A model generated the notes under the pieces. The model was not told the DNA's origin, did no database searches, and saw only the letters and a list, made by a program, of their open reading frames with translations. Positions 11,803 to 25,848 of a stretch of 64,000 bases of DNA are shown one piece after another (positions within the stretch are counted from its first letter, which is position 1; each line of letters starts with the position of its first letter). The translations under genes and the position numbers were made by a program. Source of the DNA: Laetmonice hystrix (lineage: Eukaryota); assembly GCA_965235115.1 (NCBI GenBank), contig OZ249436.1:35404001-35468000 (forward strand). Direction: 5' to 3'.

Positions 11803-14800
11803 TTACACTATGCCAGCCATGGCTGAGCCCAGCAGAAGCTCCCTGATGACGTCACTGCGTTTCCAGTCCTGGCGACAACCATCCTTCCACAAGATCAACA
11901 AACCATCCAATCCACAGGACACAAAACCTTCACTTTCATAGTCTAGACACATCTGAAACATACCCAGATTATGACCATCAGATATTAGTGAGACTTGTTA
12001 CGGTGATCAGATCACAGTGAGCCACAGTTTGGTCTGTCACCTTTCTATTTGAATCTGGTCTCAGAATGTCAGCGTGATAACATTTTGTGTTAAAAGGTTC
12101 CAAGAACCGGTCTTACCTGGACAGCTCCTGAGTGAGCCAGACATTCTCCGAGCAGGCTGGGTTCCATCGGTTCAGATCCTTGTGATGCCCTCAGCATATC
12201 CTTACTAAAAACAAACCAATAAGTTCAAGTTATAATGTTAAAACCTCCGAATGTTGCTTCAATTTATCTCTGACTAAAACTGAAGGTGCAGTGATGGAGC
12301 AATGTACCAAAGTAGTCCCACCTGACACCCATGAACTTCTCGATGACTGTCCTCTCCTCCGGCCCTCCAGGCGTGCGGCACACTTCTTTCTCTTTCTCCT
12401 CCTTCGGGGTAGTGGCCACACGAGTCCGTGGACCCCACAACCTGATGCTCCCATCCTCGGAACAACTTGCCAGGAAGACACTGTGGTAAAAGAAAAAAAC
12501 ATGACCTCTAAGAAATTAAAGAAAAAAATATCTCAGAATGAAGAATGTGTCCCAAATATTTTTAATTATGTAGCATGGCTGTGATATGGTCTAATTTACT
12601 GGTTTGACTCCCTATGTTAAAGGTTTATGATGAAGTTGTATAATAAAATGGTGGAAGCATGAACACTGTACCCATCATAGACGAACTCTAGATGCAGAAT
12701 CTTGGAATAGTGTGCATTTAACTTCTTGGCCAGAAGACGTCCTGTCATGCAATCAAAGACACAGAACCCTGACCCAATCGCAGCAAACATGTAGCGCTGA
12801 AAGCAAATGTTACCTGAAACCTAGTAACTGCAAGTAGAAGGCAGGAAACGAATCTCTTGTGTATCAGTTTTGGAAATAAACTTTTTATTGCCTATAATTT
12901 TGCATGCCGTTCAAAATGTGAATTCTTTAGAAATTAAAATTAACGAACATTATAGCCAGGAAATAAAATAATTACATTAGTTACTTCTCTTGCTTAGTAG
13001 TTAACTGATCCCAAAATGTGCATACCTCCTCTGCTACTGTTATATGCTGAATACTGTAGGGATACATCTTGTTTTCGCCCTCGTAATCTCGTAGTGCATT
13101 AAAATAACGTGACGGCGTCAGGGCAGGCACAGTCCACAATACCACAGTGCCATCTAGAGAACCACTGGCAAAACACCCATCTAGAAGAAATATGTCACGA
13201 TTTACCAATAACATAACACACAAACCTCAATGGTATTTTACTACTTTTACTCAATTATTTTTCCAGGCTCACCATTTCTACTCACCATTTACTTGTACAA
13301 GACTGCGAATGGCCTCTCTATGTGCAGGGAGTTTTCTACGCAGCCGTACACTCCATTTTTCTCCACCTACTGGGCCCTCAACGTTGGCGCTATAAACCAC
13401 TATAACAAACATTAACCCTTTTTCACTTGTATCAAAAACATAAATCTGTTAAACATTAAGAAATTCCAAGTGCAAAAAGGGGCTTAACACATTAAGAAAC
13501 TCACCCAACTGGCGATCCACAATTGTTATAAGGAGATCAGTTCTCATCACAACCATTGCTTGGATATCTGAAATAAAAGAAGTACTGTAATGTTTTTTCA
13601 TGTACTTAACTTAAGTTTGTAAATAGTCAAGACTTATTGCTTTTTCTTATTTTGTTAGTTTGAACTATTGCATAGGTCTAAGTCAAGATAATAAAAGATT
13701 TACAGTGTCAGGAGAGAATTACATGTCTTTACTGACCCTCCTCTTCATGTCTGTTGTACTTTGTAAGAAGTCGGCCATCCCGATCCCACAAACACAATTT
13801 CTCTCCCCCTGCACAAAAGACGTCGTACTCTGGAAGGGTCAAAAGACACTAGAAAAAAATAAAGAAAAAACAGATTAATCATACAACTTTTCAAAAACCT
13901 TCCGTGTTCATCCAATTTTTGCTCCTAACATTAAAACCAGTTTCTAACAGGAGTGTATTAATTTATTTAAAATGACTTATCAAAAATGATGATTGTGTCA
14001 CATCACAATTTTAATACATGGCTCAAACATACCAATAGATTTAGAAGAGGTGGTAGAAATCGCAAACAAACGTGATATACTTTGATATTCCTTCAAACTG
14101 TCACAGGTTGTCACTCTACAAGAATACTGTATACAATAGTGAAGATGTGCATGGTGCAAATATTTGTACATACCCGAATGGGACCATCATGGTCAGTAGC
14201 TGTGAAAAGGCAACATCCTGCATCCACGTTCCATGCCTGGTACAAGTTAAGGTTGACTATACACCTCCAAACACTCAAAGTATCTGAGCCTGTTGTATAT
14301 GACAGTAATACCGTGGCATTCTGTGGGTAATTCTTCAAAAGTTTTGAGAAATAACAATCCCCAATCTGACATATTTAGGGAATTATAAATTTTTGGGGGG
14401 ATTCAGTTCAGCTACCTTGACTAAATCAAGGATACACAAACTAGTTTGTCCGATGCAGCTGTCAATAGGATGGGTGGCTCCCCCTGGTGGTCGGTGGAGA
14501 TAGTAATGGTTGCCTCCATTAGACACATGCTGGTGACTGGGCGCCGATGGCCAGATAACACATGAAGCCGTCTACCAACCTAGAAAGCATTACACAATTT
14601 ATCCTTTTTTTTTTTTTTTTTTTACAACAATAATGCAGTTTTCTCATTATGTACAAATCTTAACCCCAAACTCGGTTTCATTACAATTGATACAAAACTG
14701 AAAAGTAAAAACTTTTAAATTATTTCTTAATCATTTTAACTGTTAACAGTTGCTTAATCTTTAAGGTTGTTGCTTAACTGACAATGATAATCTGTAAATT

Positions 14801-16031
14801 ATACTCTATTTCTTTTATCCAAAATTGATTCCATTTCAACAAATGCAAACTGATATGTAAACATGTGTGACATCTATCTAAGCAATTTTGTTGAAGTGAG
14901 TAGAGGGAAATGACAGTACCACATTCTTACCTCTATGTCCCACACAACAAACAGACAGTCATCCCGTACCACATTCTTACCTCTATGTCCCACACAACGA
15001 CCAGACAGTCATCCCGTACCACATTCTTACCTCTCTGTCCCACACAATGACCAGACAGTCATTTCGTACCACATTCTTACCTCTATGTCCCACACAACGA
15101 CCAGACAGTCATCCCGTACCACATTCTTACCTCTATGTCCCACACAAGGACCAGACAGTCATCTCGTACCACATTCTTACCTCTATGTCCCACACAACGA
15201 CCAGACAGTCATCCCGTACCACATTCTTACCTCTATGTCCCACACAATGACCAGACAGTCATCCCGTACCACATTCTTACCTCTATGTCCCACACAAGGA
15301 CCAGACAGTCATCTCGTACCACATTCTTACCTCTATGTCCCACACAACGACCAGACAGTCATCTCCTGCCGAGGCACACCTGAACAATTGACGACATGTC
15401 TACTTCATCATTTTTGGATAGCATGTACCAACTGATTAGCTTCTAAATGTCAAGGCTACAATATTTAACAATTACTTAGATACAAGATCTATAACAAGGT
15501 TATACTGTTCCCAAGAAAATCTCCTGTCTGCTGAATATTCTTTAATGAAAACATTTAAAGGGGAATTTTTTATAGCAAACAAAATAATAGCCAAGGTTAA
15601 CCTATTGAGACTTTCAATGCTTACTTGGTAGAGCTGACCTGGATGAGGAGGCGGACAATGTCGCTGTGGTGGGACAGTATTTGAACCTCAGTGAAGGGGT
15701 TCTCTGGCTGGTTTTCTTTGACTTGAACAACATCATTCTGTCATAACCATCAATGCAGAACAGAGTAAACTTAGCTAAATTAATAAATTGATAAAATAGG
15801 TATATATTAAACTTTAAAAGATCAGAAGCAACTTCAGAGCTATCTTTTGAGACTGTCATATATTTAAGGTTAAGTCTTACGTTAAATGAGTATACACATA
15901 TTTGTAAGTACATGCACATGATGCAGAGTATCATGTACTGCATTTACATGTACTGGGCTTTTTATGTTAAAAAGTTTACCCACCTCTGAGGTATCATCTC
16001 TTCGTTTACGACTCCTTGAACTTCTTCTCAT
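11803..16031 (-). CDS. WDR41: WD40-repeat protein 41 (C9orf72-SMCR8 complex subunit) orthologue
   Basis: Exons in transcript order: 16031-15984 (tentative start), 15737-15625 (QPENPFTEVQILSHHSDIVRLL), 15379-15331 (CASAGDDCLVVVWDIE), 14579-~14436, 14236-14174, 13848-~13737, 13567-13505, 13399-13286, 13180-13026, 12796-12672, 12480-12322 (LASCSEDGSIRLW), 12204-12117 (LLGECLAHSGAVQ), 11952-11803 (FVSCGLDGLLILWKDG...*). Motifs are colinear with human WDR41 as recalled (NPYTE..L..HHDIVR, ASAGDD, SCSEDGSVRIW, LIILWKNG). Confidence 0.9.
14916..15365 (-). repeat. 50-bp tandem array (9 copies) spanning a WDR41 exon/intron donor junction
   Basis: Minus-strand unit GAGATGACTGTCTGGTCGTTGTGTGGGACATAGAG|GTAAGAATGTGGTAC = 35 nt exon + 15 nt intron; copies every 50 bp from 14921 to 15321. 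Confidence 0.95.
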
Positions 16032-16761
16032 AACTTCAGTCACTCACACAAAGGTATCAAGAAGAAATTTCACTGATTGTGGATGACCTTCCAATGTTTT
16101 TTCAAATCACTGGACAAACAAAATTATGAAAATTTATTACCGGTAAGCCTATAGAGATTGTGTCCTTGACATGTAAATGAGCAGAAATAGCCTTGAAATG
16201 CATCACTTTGGTCCCTAAACGATTGTTATGTCAGGATTTCTCCATTGGTTTAACATGGGATGAGAAGACACACTTTTAAACATTGACAGATTTTTGTCAA
16301 TTTAATTTTTGATATACACGTATGTAAAAAATGAAAAGTATTCTTTCATACGTAAAACAGGTTGGTGCTCTTGTTTTTTGTAAGCTACAAAAATGAAAGC
16401 ACCCTAACCATGAAATAGTAATATTGCCAGCTATCCTATGCTATTCACAATGCTAAATGGGGTACTATACGCCAAAACACTCGGAAGGTGGCGCTTCCAC
16501 CAACTAAGCCATCCAAAAACGAGGTTGCCATTGTAAAGGATAGGGTGGCTACCATCAAGCCACGATTACACTTCTTTCGGGTCGTTTGTAATATTCAGAC
16601 ATCGTGAAAAGTGCAGACATATGTCTCTTTTGTTTTCGACATCAAACGATACCTAATTTAAAAGATGACAAAAATTTTAAAAACCATTATTTGTATCAAT
16701 GTTACCGGTTCGAGGCTAGACCTATTGTCAGAACCAATCAGCCTAGACTAGCGTGACATTC

Positions 16762-16771
16762 AAAATGGCGG
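16762..16771 (+). promoter_or_regulatory. YY1-like motif in the probable WDR41 promoter region
   Basis: AAAATGGCGG about 730 bp upstream of the tentative WDR41 start; motif match only. Confidence 0.3.
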
Positions 16772-17658
16772 AGTTCCAGCTGTCACTTCAACTTTTGTAA
16801 CTATTGGAATAACATGCAAATCACGCCAAATGAACACCTAACGTGGCGTAGGTATCTGAAATGTGATATTTCATGAAATACCCCTCGTACAGAACTGAAG
16901 ACTTGTCTATTATCTTTAGTCTACGCCCATAAGGTACTGTCGGCAGTGAGCAGGGACAATGTTTTGATCACGTGATTTGATTGTGCCGCAATATAGCCTA
17001 GACGTCTAGGCTGATAAAAGACCTTCAGTTCGTCTATTCAGACTTAGGACAATCTTCTATGTCTCGATGTCGTGATGCTTCTTCTGTTAATGGTTGCTAC
17101 TATGCTCACAATCTGTGATAAGCTAACGTGTGGTTCAGCAGAGCCTCCAGTCAGGCTGAGCCAACCCTATCCTGGCCTACTGCATGGCGTAGTTGCTGAC
17201 AGCGCCACCTGTCGGATTAGTTCTGAAAGTACCCCATTGACAAGATTACGACCACGTTAGGACCAAACTCGGCTGTTCTCATGTTTTCTCATGACCCACT
17301 TGCACACCCATAGGAGTCATGAAAAAAGGAAGAGAAATCACAATGGGTGCATCTGGGGCCAGGGCATCTTGGACTTCTTAGAAGGACAATCTGCATCATC
17401 ATCCCTATTTTTTGGCACGAGTTAGGTGCCAAAATTTTAAATTGTAAAAAATGCTTTTTTTCACACTGATTATGTTATCATGATGGAAGTCTAGAATTTA
17501 TCTGGCAACGGCAAGTATTCTGGCAAAATAAGCAGGCTAAACGAGACTGTCAATTTTTAACCTTAATTAAAAAGCTATGTGCTATTTATAGAAGTCAATT
17601 TCAATGCTACAGTACACCGGTAACATTGAATTTTACAAGAGATGAGGTTTTATACACA

Positions 17659-17828
17659 CCGTATATGTCCCTTTAGCCGCGCATGTGGGCAGAAAAGCAG
17701 TGCCCGGCAATAGGGAGGTTGCGCCGGAAGCTTACAAAATTTTACACTAGGTGGTGCATCGAATACGGGTTTCCGGCACAGCTTGTTTGAAAAAATGAGG
17801 GGGTGCGTGGCTAAAGGGACATATACAG
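17659..17828. mobile_element. MITE with about 25-bp terminal inverted repeats
   Basis: CCGTATATGTCCCTTTAGCCGCGCA ... TGCGTGGCTAAAGGGACATATACAG. Confidence 0.75.
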
Positions 17829-20236
17829 TATGTTTAAATTGACTAGATTTTAAGATTGAATCGATCGATCTTATCTGTATTTTATTGCCATTCTATGTCT
17901 TTTGGAATGTGTGAATAAAGATATTATTATTATAGCCTATATAGGATGGTCGTAGTTATGTTATACGCCACTATTACATTACGCCATTAATGTTATTAAC
18001 AACACTGTCAATGTCATTAATGTTATGCCAGGGTTAATTTATAATTAGTAGACGTCTAGACTAGTTTGGGCGCTAATGAGAGAGATAATCTGCTTTTTTA
18101 ACCACTGTTCTTGTGCCATACTCTTGAATTTCCATAAATCCAGTTTGAGAAAATAAAGTGGCGCCATCTGGTGAGTATGATCTTGTGCAGCAAAAGCCAA
18201 AACAAGGCCGTGTGATGACACTCACAAAGTGACAGCAAGCACTATCATATGCTAAGTTATAGCGCGCAGCGCGCGCCGCCGAAGGCGGCGCCGCGAAGCG
18301 CTGTTATGGCAACGTACGTGGATCTTCTCTACCTCGGCCCGATCCACCAAGCCGACAACTTAAACCGGATGGTAACCGGACCGCAGTCCATGCACGGCGC
18401 CATCTTGAATGTCCGAGTTGCGGGATTTTCTCGATTGTGATTGGTCGAATAAATGTCAATTAATGAGAAACTCGTAAAGAATGCAAAAATATTCCAGCTA
18501 TATTTAAATTATGGCTCCAGTGACTGAAGGAGAAATATCGGATCTACTTTCACCAGCCGATCGCTGTCTGTAAATTACTTTAGCTTGTGCGATTCTCAAA
18601 ACTAGTTCACTCAAATCCCGCTATGCGCCGCCAGCGCTGAAAGCCCACTTCCGCCACTGGGACTTCCAGTGTCAACATCCAGTACGACACACTGCCGCTC
18701 TGTTTCCGAGTAGCTATAGGCCTATACATGTCATGATCGTCGGGCTCGATTGGGCTATAAATAGAGTTAGGATTAGTTAAGGTTAGGGTTAGGGTTAGCT
18801 CTCAATCATTTCTGTCTGATGAATAGATATTCATACTAGTCTACCTGTGATCGTTAGTCCGCAGCCCGCAGTAGGCTACCTCGCCGTAATCGTTTAACAT
18901 CCACCTACCACGGCACTAGACTAGTACTACCAGACATGCTGCGCGCTCCCTATGTCCCCGACATTTCATATTACGCCCTAGGTCAGGACAGGTGCGCGAA
19001 GATAGCTGCACTAGCATGGCACAGGCACGCAGCCTCTGCCTCTACGTATTGTTGGCTCGATTACAACACAAGACAAGGAAGAGTAAACTAAAGAATGGAC
19101 GACCAACCTGACTCCCATCCCATCCATAAACAGTTTCACGGTTGTAGCCGCAAAGTTGTGCACACTTAAATTATGCTTGATGTTTCCGCTAGGGGTAAAG
19201 GCAGGTATCACCTCGGTTTGTCTATTTATACGGTGGCCCCAAATCAGGGAAGAGAGATCCCTCCTTAGAACTCTACATTCTCTTTCTCATTTTATAATGT
19301 GGGTTTCATGAAAACAGTGTGCCATGCAATACAATCAAAGTCCGATTTAGCACATTATTTTAAATTCCGGTACAACAGCATTGAACAGCATCCAACACTT
19401 GCCACGTGCATTTGTGCCAACAATTTTAAATAGCATTGTGAAACCTAAATCGAGCACCCAAAACAGTGACAGTGTGTCAAATTTCCGGCTTGTCAAATTC
19501 ACTTGTTGTGTTTGCCAGATAGTGACAGGAGCAAAGAAGTTACCCGGAAGCTTTGGAAAATCGTAACCGACTCGTGCAGATCTGTCTGAGTGACTCCTGC
19601 TTCAATTGCAGCTCTTTTGACGAGCACAAAAGAAGATCCAGTTACTTTTACTTTTACGAGAAGGTAGGTAAGGTAGGGATTGAAGAAATAAGAAAGTCTA
19701 GATCTATCTAGTATAACAATTAAAAGACAAGTCAACGAATATAGATCTATGAGTATGAGCAAGGGAGGCCCAAGTTTTTTCGAATTTAGTTAGTTTCAGT
19801 TTCAGTCAATGTCTCAGTGTCTGTGACTGTGATACTCTGTGACTCATGAGTCATGTCTGTCCCTCTCTGTGACAGTTTATTTATTTATTCGCAGTGGTTG
19901 TTCTGCCGCCAGACTGCAGAATAAATAAATTAATTAGTTTGACTTATTACCGACACGAAACAATGAATATGTTTAATTTAGAGTGACTGTTATAGTGTTA
20001 AGCCAAAGGTTAGGCCTAGGGTTAGTGTTAGTTTAGTGCAAAAATTCTTATTAATTAAGTACGGTACAAATTAGATAATCTGCTATTCTTCCGCAAGATA
20101 TCATCCAATAAGAATCCAGTATTGCAGTCACATTATTTATTTGGCAGTGGTTATTCTGCTGACATGTGTTCAGGATGAGATGTGTTTGATTGATTAATTA
20201 ATATTAATATTAATGCATCTCCTGTTGATATCTTAA

Positions 20237-21420
20237 GGGGAAGGAGGACCGTAAAATTTCTGTAGTAAACTTTGACATTTTTTGAGTTTTTTCAATTTAT
20301 TACCATGTAAGCATCACATAATCGCCAAAAAAATGATATGCTTCCAGGCTAATTTTTGTAGTATGGGGTTTTTTTGTACTGCACCCCCCTGAAAATATGG
20401 CAAATTTTGGCGCATTTCCATGTATCGTTTCAGGCAAAAGAAATACATCAAATAATATCAAATGTATACATTTTTTCACCCAGAAAGACTGATATGTAAC
20501 ATACCTACCACACTGTACTAAAAAATATGCCGATTAAACTTTTTTTTTTTCAGATTTTGTATTTTTTCGAGGTGGTTGCCTATATTTTTCATCGTAAAAT
20601 CCCACCTTTTTCAATAACAGGAGAAAACTGGTAGTAAATGTTATATTTTTTTTGGCTAAAATTAAAGACAATGACCAACTCTCATCAAATCAGTAAAAAA
20701 AAATATACCATTCCAGGGTAATTTTTTTGGTAGGACCCCTTTTTTGTAGGAAATTTACCCATTTTTACCCAAAATTCGGGTTTTTTGCTCCTACAAACTA
20801 ATTAGTGGTGAATGTATTTATACAGTTTTGGCCTATAATTAAAGATAATGACCATTTTCATCAAAATAAACTAAGACATCTATGTCATTTCAGGTAAACG
20901 TGTCCCTGTGACCACCTTTTATGTTGTTGAAAAGGGCCCCAAATCACCCCCCCCCCCTCCCTGGGAGGTCACACTGTGGCCAGTGGCAGTGGTACAGGCC
21001 GGCTACTATTGTGACGTTAGAAATTAGGCCCTATTGTTCAGTAGTTCCAAAAGTATTGTGACGTCACAGTATCTGAGTGATGACAATAGGACTGTTCTGT
21101 CAAATATCATAGTCATTCTACTCAGATTCACTCAGCTAATTGACTCAGTTGAGTCTAACAGAAACCCAAATAATCCACTCAACTCCACTCGACTTAGCTG
21201 AGTGACTTTGCTGAGTGTGTTGAGTGGAGTCAAAGCCCTCTACTGGTAGTGGACGGCTTTGGTGGAGTGAAACTTGAGTGTAAGAGAAACCGGGCCCTGG
21301 CAGATGGAGACACTGGATTTGTGACTGCTAGTTCTTGTCTGTGCCACTGGGGCGCCACTGTAGGCCTACTATGCGCGTAAACCTGCGCAGTGGTCTGATT
21401 TGCTTCGGTGCTCCTTCCCC
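20237..21420. mobile_element. Non-autonomous DNA transposon with TTAA target duplication (Kolobok-like termini)
   Basis: TTAA|GGGGAAGGAGGACCG ... CGGTGCTCCTTCCCC|TTAA; 15-bp TIR with one mismatch; purine-purine 5' end; no transposase ORF. Confidence 0.75.
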
Positions 21421-21953
21421 TTAACATATCCATTATAAATACCCCCCTCCCACCATGACTAGTCAGTAAAACAAAATCTAGGTAATGAAAACGGGCCGTG
21501 AGCAAGCGCCCCCATCCCACATTGATGTCACCGTGCTGTTTGCTACCACTGGAAGAGACACATACTGAAGTACTGCTGTAGAAATTGTTATCATGACATA
21601 ATCGTCTGATTTAGACAGAATTTTTTCTAGTAATGAACTCAGCTCTGAAATAGAATCTCTGTGATTCTGGGAGTAATAGAGAAGATGTGGGAGGTTATCA
21701 AGAAGTTGGTAGGTGGCTGTATGAGCCCCAGAGGCAGGCGTACATACTAGAGGAGGTTGACCATACCTTGGGGCTTGGGGACAGAGAGTAACATGACATG
21801 AATTAAATTGGTGCCATCTTTATGGTGAAAGTGAAAGTGGTTGGAATTACACAGATTTATCAATAGGGGGCACTCTGTTCACAGGCATTGGGCTACTACC
21901 AGAGCCACCGTGTGGCTCATCATCAAACTACTCCAACCAAATGAGATGTACCT

Positions 21954-22132
21954 CCTGGGGTCCGTTCCACTAACGAAAGACGTCTTTGGCAAAGACGTCT
22001 TTGGAAAGACGTCTTTGCGGCGCCAATGTTAAAGAATAGGATCTTAGTGGAACACCCGTCGCCGCAAAGACCTCTTTGGGCTCAGCGACCATTTCAAAGA
22101 GGTCTTTCGGGCTTAGTGGAACGGACCCCAGG
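21954..22132. mobile_element. MITE with PIF/Harbinger-like ends
   Basis: CCTGGGGTCCGTTCCACTAA ... TTAGTGGAACGGACCCCAGG; internal AAAGACGTCTTT palindromic repeats. Confidence 0.8.
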
Positions 22133-25100
22133 TTCACATGTCACACTCTCATGAAAAATCCATTCAGTCACAATAATAATTGTGAGACATTTTATCACAA
22201 ATGGTAGTGCAGAGGTTTAGTTTCAATGTTTGTCAAGAATAAGATATAGAATGCAGTTCAAGAGTCTAATTTCATTTAAAGTGGATTTAACTTATTCTGA
22301 AACCTGTTAGTTAACAGAGAGGCAGTGTTTGAAATAAGATTGCCAAGTGTCTCTAAGAATCATCCATTGAAATGTTGAATTGGAGAGGCAGAAATATTTC
22401 AAATCAGTGTAGACTGAACGGGGGAATGATAATTAAAAGTTGGTTAAGGGGATAAGGGTGTGAACCTTCAAACCAAACTTTCAAGTGCAAACCCAAGCCA
22501 GCATGTTGAGAATTAGAGCAGGTAAGGCAAGGGTGTTGGAAAGCTCATTGTAAATAGTCATTCATTATGGCTGAAAGTTTTCTTCATTTCAATTTAGGCA
22601 CATTGCTTCTGAATTTCTGCTTTTAATTTTCAGAATCCTTAAGGGGAACTCCTGGACTAATATTAAAAATAATAGTAATACCAAAATTCTAATTTTTTAT
22701 GTATAACGTATTCATGGTACATTGTTATATAGCTTCAAAATAAAGCACTAAAAATGATAGCTTTCCATTCTAAAATGATGGGCGTGATACACCATTGACC
22801 AAAACTTAAAAAAAGTACTGCAAAAATTCTAATTTTTTTGTGTATAACATACGGTACTTCATGGTATTAGCTTTAAAATAAGACATTTAAAAATAATAGT
22901 TTTCCATTCTAATTTGTGGAAAAAAAAATTATCAATTTAAAATTGAATTCAATAGAGAATATATCATCAGTACCCAGCTCAGCCACCAGATGTCATGACT
23001 GTTCCCATGCCTGTGTAGTTTTAAAGAGGCACTTTGAATAAATTTGAAAACTATTCTTTTATTGCTTTTGTAATGTGATTCTTACTAGGAATGGGTAAAC
23101 AAATGAAGGACAGTATACTCAGTTTAATATAAAAAAGAATATTAATTATATTATAAAGTCAAGGCATCTGAGAATGAAATGATATTTTGTTTATCTGTAA
23201 GTGTGACCAAGAATTATAGGAGAGTATAGGATATCAAACTCCACTGCTACCCTTGTGCGCAGGTGATCGCAGAGCCATCTGTCCACCACAGAGTAATTGA
23301 GTCAAGTCTTAGGGGCTTAGTCAGATCGTGATTGTCGGCTCTTTTTTTGGGGGGAGGGGGGGCGCTCAAGCCGGGGGGGGGGAGGGGGGCTCAAGCCGGG
23401 TTGACTATGTTTGGTTTGAACATTTAAAGCAGAAAAAACTCTGTAAACGGGGTGGTGGTTGGGAAGGGGGGGGGGGTTGCAAACCGCTACCCCTCAATGA
23501 TTTGGATCCCTCACTGTATGTGTAAGTATTTCATTGCAGTCAACTCAATGAAATAAATTAAATAAGTAGAGCTACTGAATAGGCTGGTGAGACATGTACA
23601 TTTTAAAATAAACACAAAGCTGGTTTCCACAGCCACAACCACAGTCCCTGTGCCTGTGGCTGTGGTCGTCGATGAGGACCTCAATGCTGAGACATCGGGC
23701 CCGGCTGGGATAAAAGTGAGTACAGTACCGGGCCCCCTCCCATTCGGTGCTCGGTCTTGGTTCCATCCTTTTTTTACTCTGTGGCAGATAGATGGCGCTG
23801 CCGTTTATTATGTCACGCCCTGGCCTATTCAACATGGCGGATATCAGTTTGATATCCCATACTCTCCTATAATCACGGCTTGGTGTGACTGTTTCGAGCA
23901 TCGAGAGATTAGGCAAAAGAAATGGAATAGCTTTTTGTCCTTTGAGATAAAAAAGTTGGTGCTCTCACATTAAAATTTTTTTTATGCAACCAGAATGGCC
24001 TATTCTCCGAGTGCAATAGCTGTTGGGTACAGGAAGAAATCTTGAAGAAAGTAAAACTCATGTAACGATGTTCAGTGTTTTTTGAAAGAATGTGAAAAAC
24101 TCACATAAAAGGTAATAAAACATGCAGCGTTGCGATGTTCCGCCACAGCGCTACAACACTCATCACCCATGGGTAATCACCCAGGTATAAAACCCAATCC
24201 CAAACTGTTTTATGTTCAGTTAGTTGTAATAGCAGAGTCAGGGAAAGTCAGGGTTGGCCTAGGAGTATTGAATTGGTTGTTCTGTGTTGTAACTGGAAGC
24301 GAATTATAAAAAATATACATTGCTTTTGCAGACAGAATTTACTTGCAGTATTGATTCTTCCATGGTACATTATAAAGTCTAGCAGGTATAAAATGGAACA
24401 TATATATTTCTTTTTGTCAGATCTTGAGGTTGCATCCAGGAGAGTCATTTGCCAGCATTCGCTCAAAACTTGTGCCAAGTGACCAAGCAGTATGACGTCT
24501 GTCGATGCCCGAGTGGAGAGACCTGCAGGTCGGGGTGACAGCAGGGACATGGCAAAAGAACCTCAGAAGTATGTACTTATTGTATTTATTTAATACTATC
24601 AGCTGCTTAGCCGCCATCTTGGAGGCACACATTTGGAGCAATAACTCTGTCAAAACTGTTGGAATTTCTTTTAAACTTGGTGCAGCAAGTAGGTATATGA
24701 GGGGCAACATGCATGTTAATCTATTTTGTTTATCCAATATGGTGACATGGCAGCCATATTTGTTTTTGACCCCGATGATAACACTATTTTGACTCATATC
24801 TTGAAAATAATGCAAGATAACATAGTAATTTTAAATATTGGTAACAGATATGAAGTGATATGACATTTGGTTTGACACTTTTGTCTGTGACATAGCCAGT
24901 CTCGGTAACGCCAGACTCTCAGAGAAGAGAGTCTGGGAGATTTCCGATCTTTTTTATTTTTTAAAAGCATTTTAAAATAGGAACTTGTATGGGAAGTATA
25001 GAATGTTGTTTTTGATTTTGTGAAACATGGATATGCACTTAAAAGATAAACTTTGCATGTATAATGAGCAGTATTAAGGTACCGGTGGTAAGGATAACTC

Positions 25101-25848
25101 AGTACGAGTACACTCCGGTGTCTCACTTGGTTTATTCAAGTTGTAAACTAGGCATTCTACACACTTGTCTCAAGCTGTAGTTATTGATGATAGAGCAGGG
25201 CACATGTAGATCCTTTTTTTTCATGGACGACACAAATTGCTGTCTAAACAGGTATCAAGGTCTGTTTGGTAAATAAACTATCGTAAAAATGCGTTACAAT
25301 ACAAGAAAGACAATACATCGAGATACCGCAGCACACGCACACCACAAATACATGACAATACTGCTGTGGATAACACATCTAACAGCTCTTTCGGCTATTG
25401 TCTAAGACAATTCTTGACGACAGAAATACTTAACAGTAATGCAGAGAGAAATATGAATCAAAATCAGTGTCTTTGTACATATTCATCACAGAAAGGCTGT
25501 ATGTTTGCATTAAACTGTCATTATGAATTCACAGGAGGCAGATTAGCCATCAAAGCATCACGTAAACTCTTGCAATAAACATTGCAAGAATAATTAAAGC
25601 ATGGAAGAAAAAGAAATTAAATAAAATTCCTAGAGCAATACTCAATGTGTTGTTCCAATGAAGGACGAGGGAGCGTTGATCTCTATGTGTGGTTGGCCGA
25701 CATTGTAGCAGTGATGATGACAGACCTTGATAGCTCGTACATACTACAGGTGACATCAAGCAATGCTCCTACGCCGGGCACGTTTTCCTAGTAGGAATTG
25801 ATACTTGGACACGTTCTTCTACGCTATTCGTGGTAAATTAGAAGATCC

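Noticed and set aside
14935..15435. 166-aa repetitive ORF on the + strand
   Set aside because: Antisense reading of the WDR41 donor-junction array.
19000..19700. Possible decayed transposon coding sequence
   Set aside because: Frames are interrupted and I recognised no diagnostic motif; needs a translated search.
23214..23973. 128-aa ORF and a 27-bp inverted repeat pair (near 23214 and 23847)
   Set aside because: No recognisable domain, target duplication or clear termini; probably nested repeat fragments.
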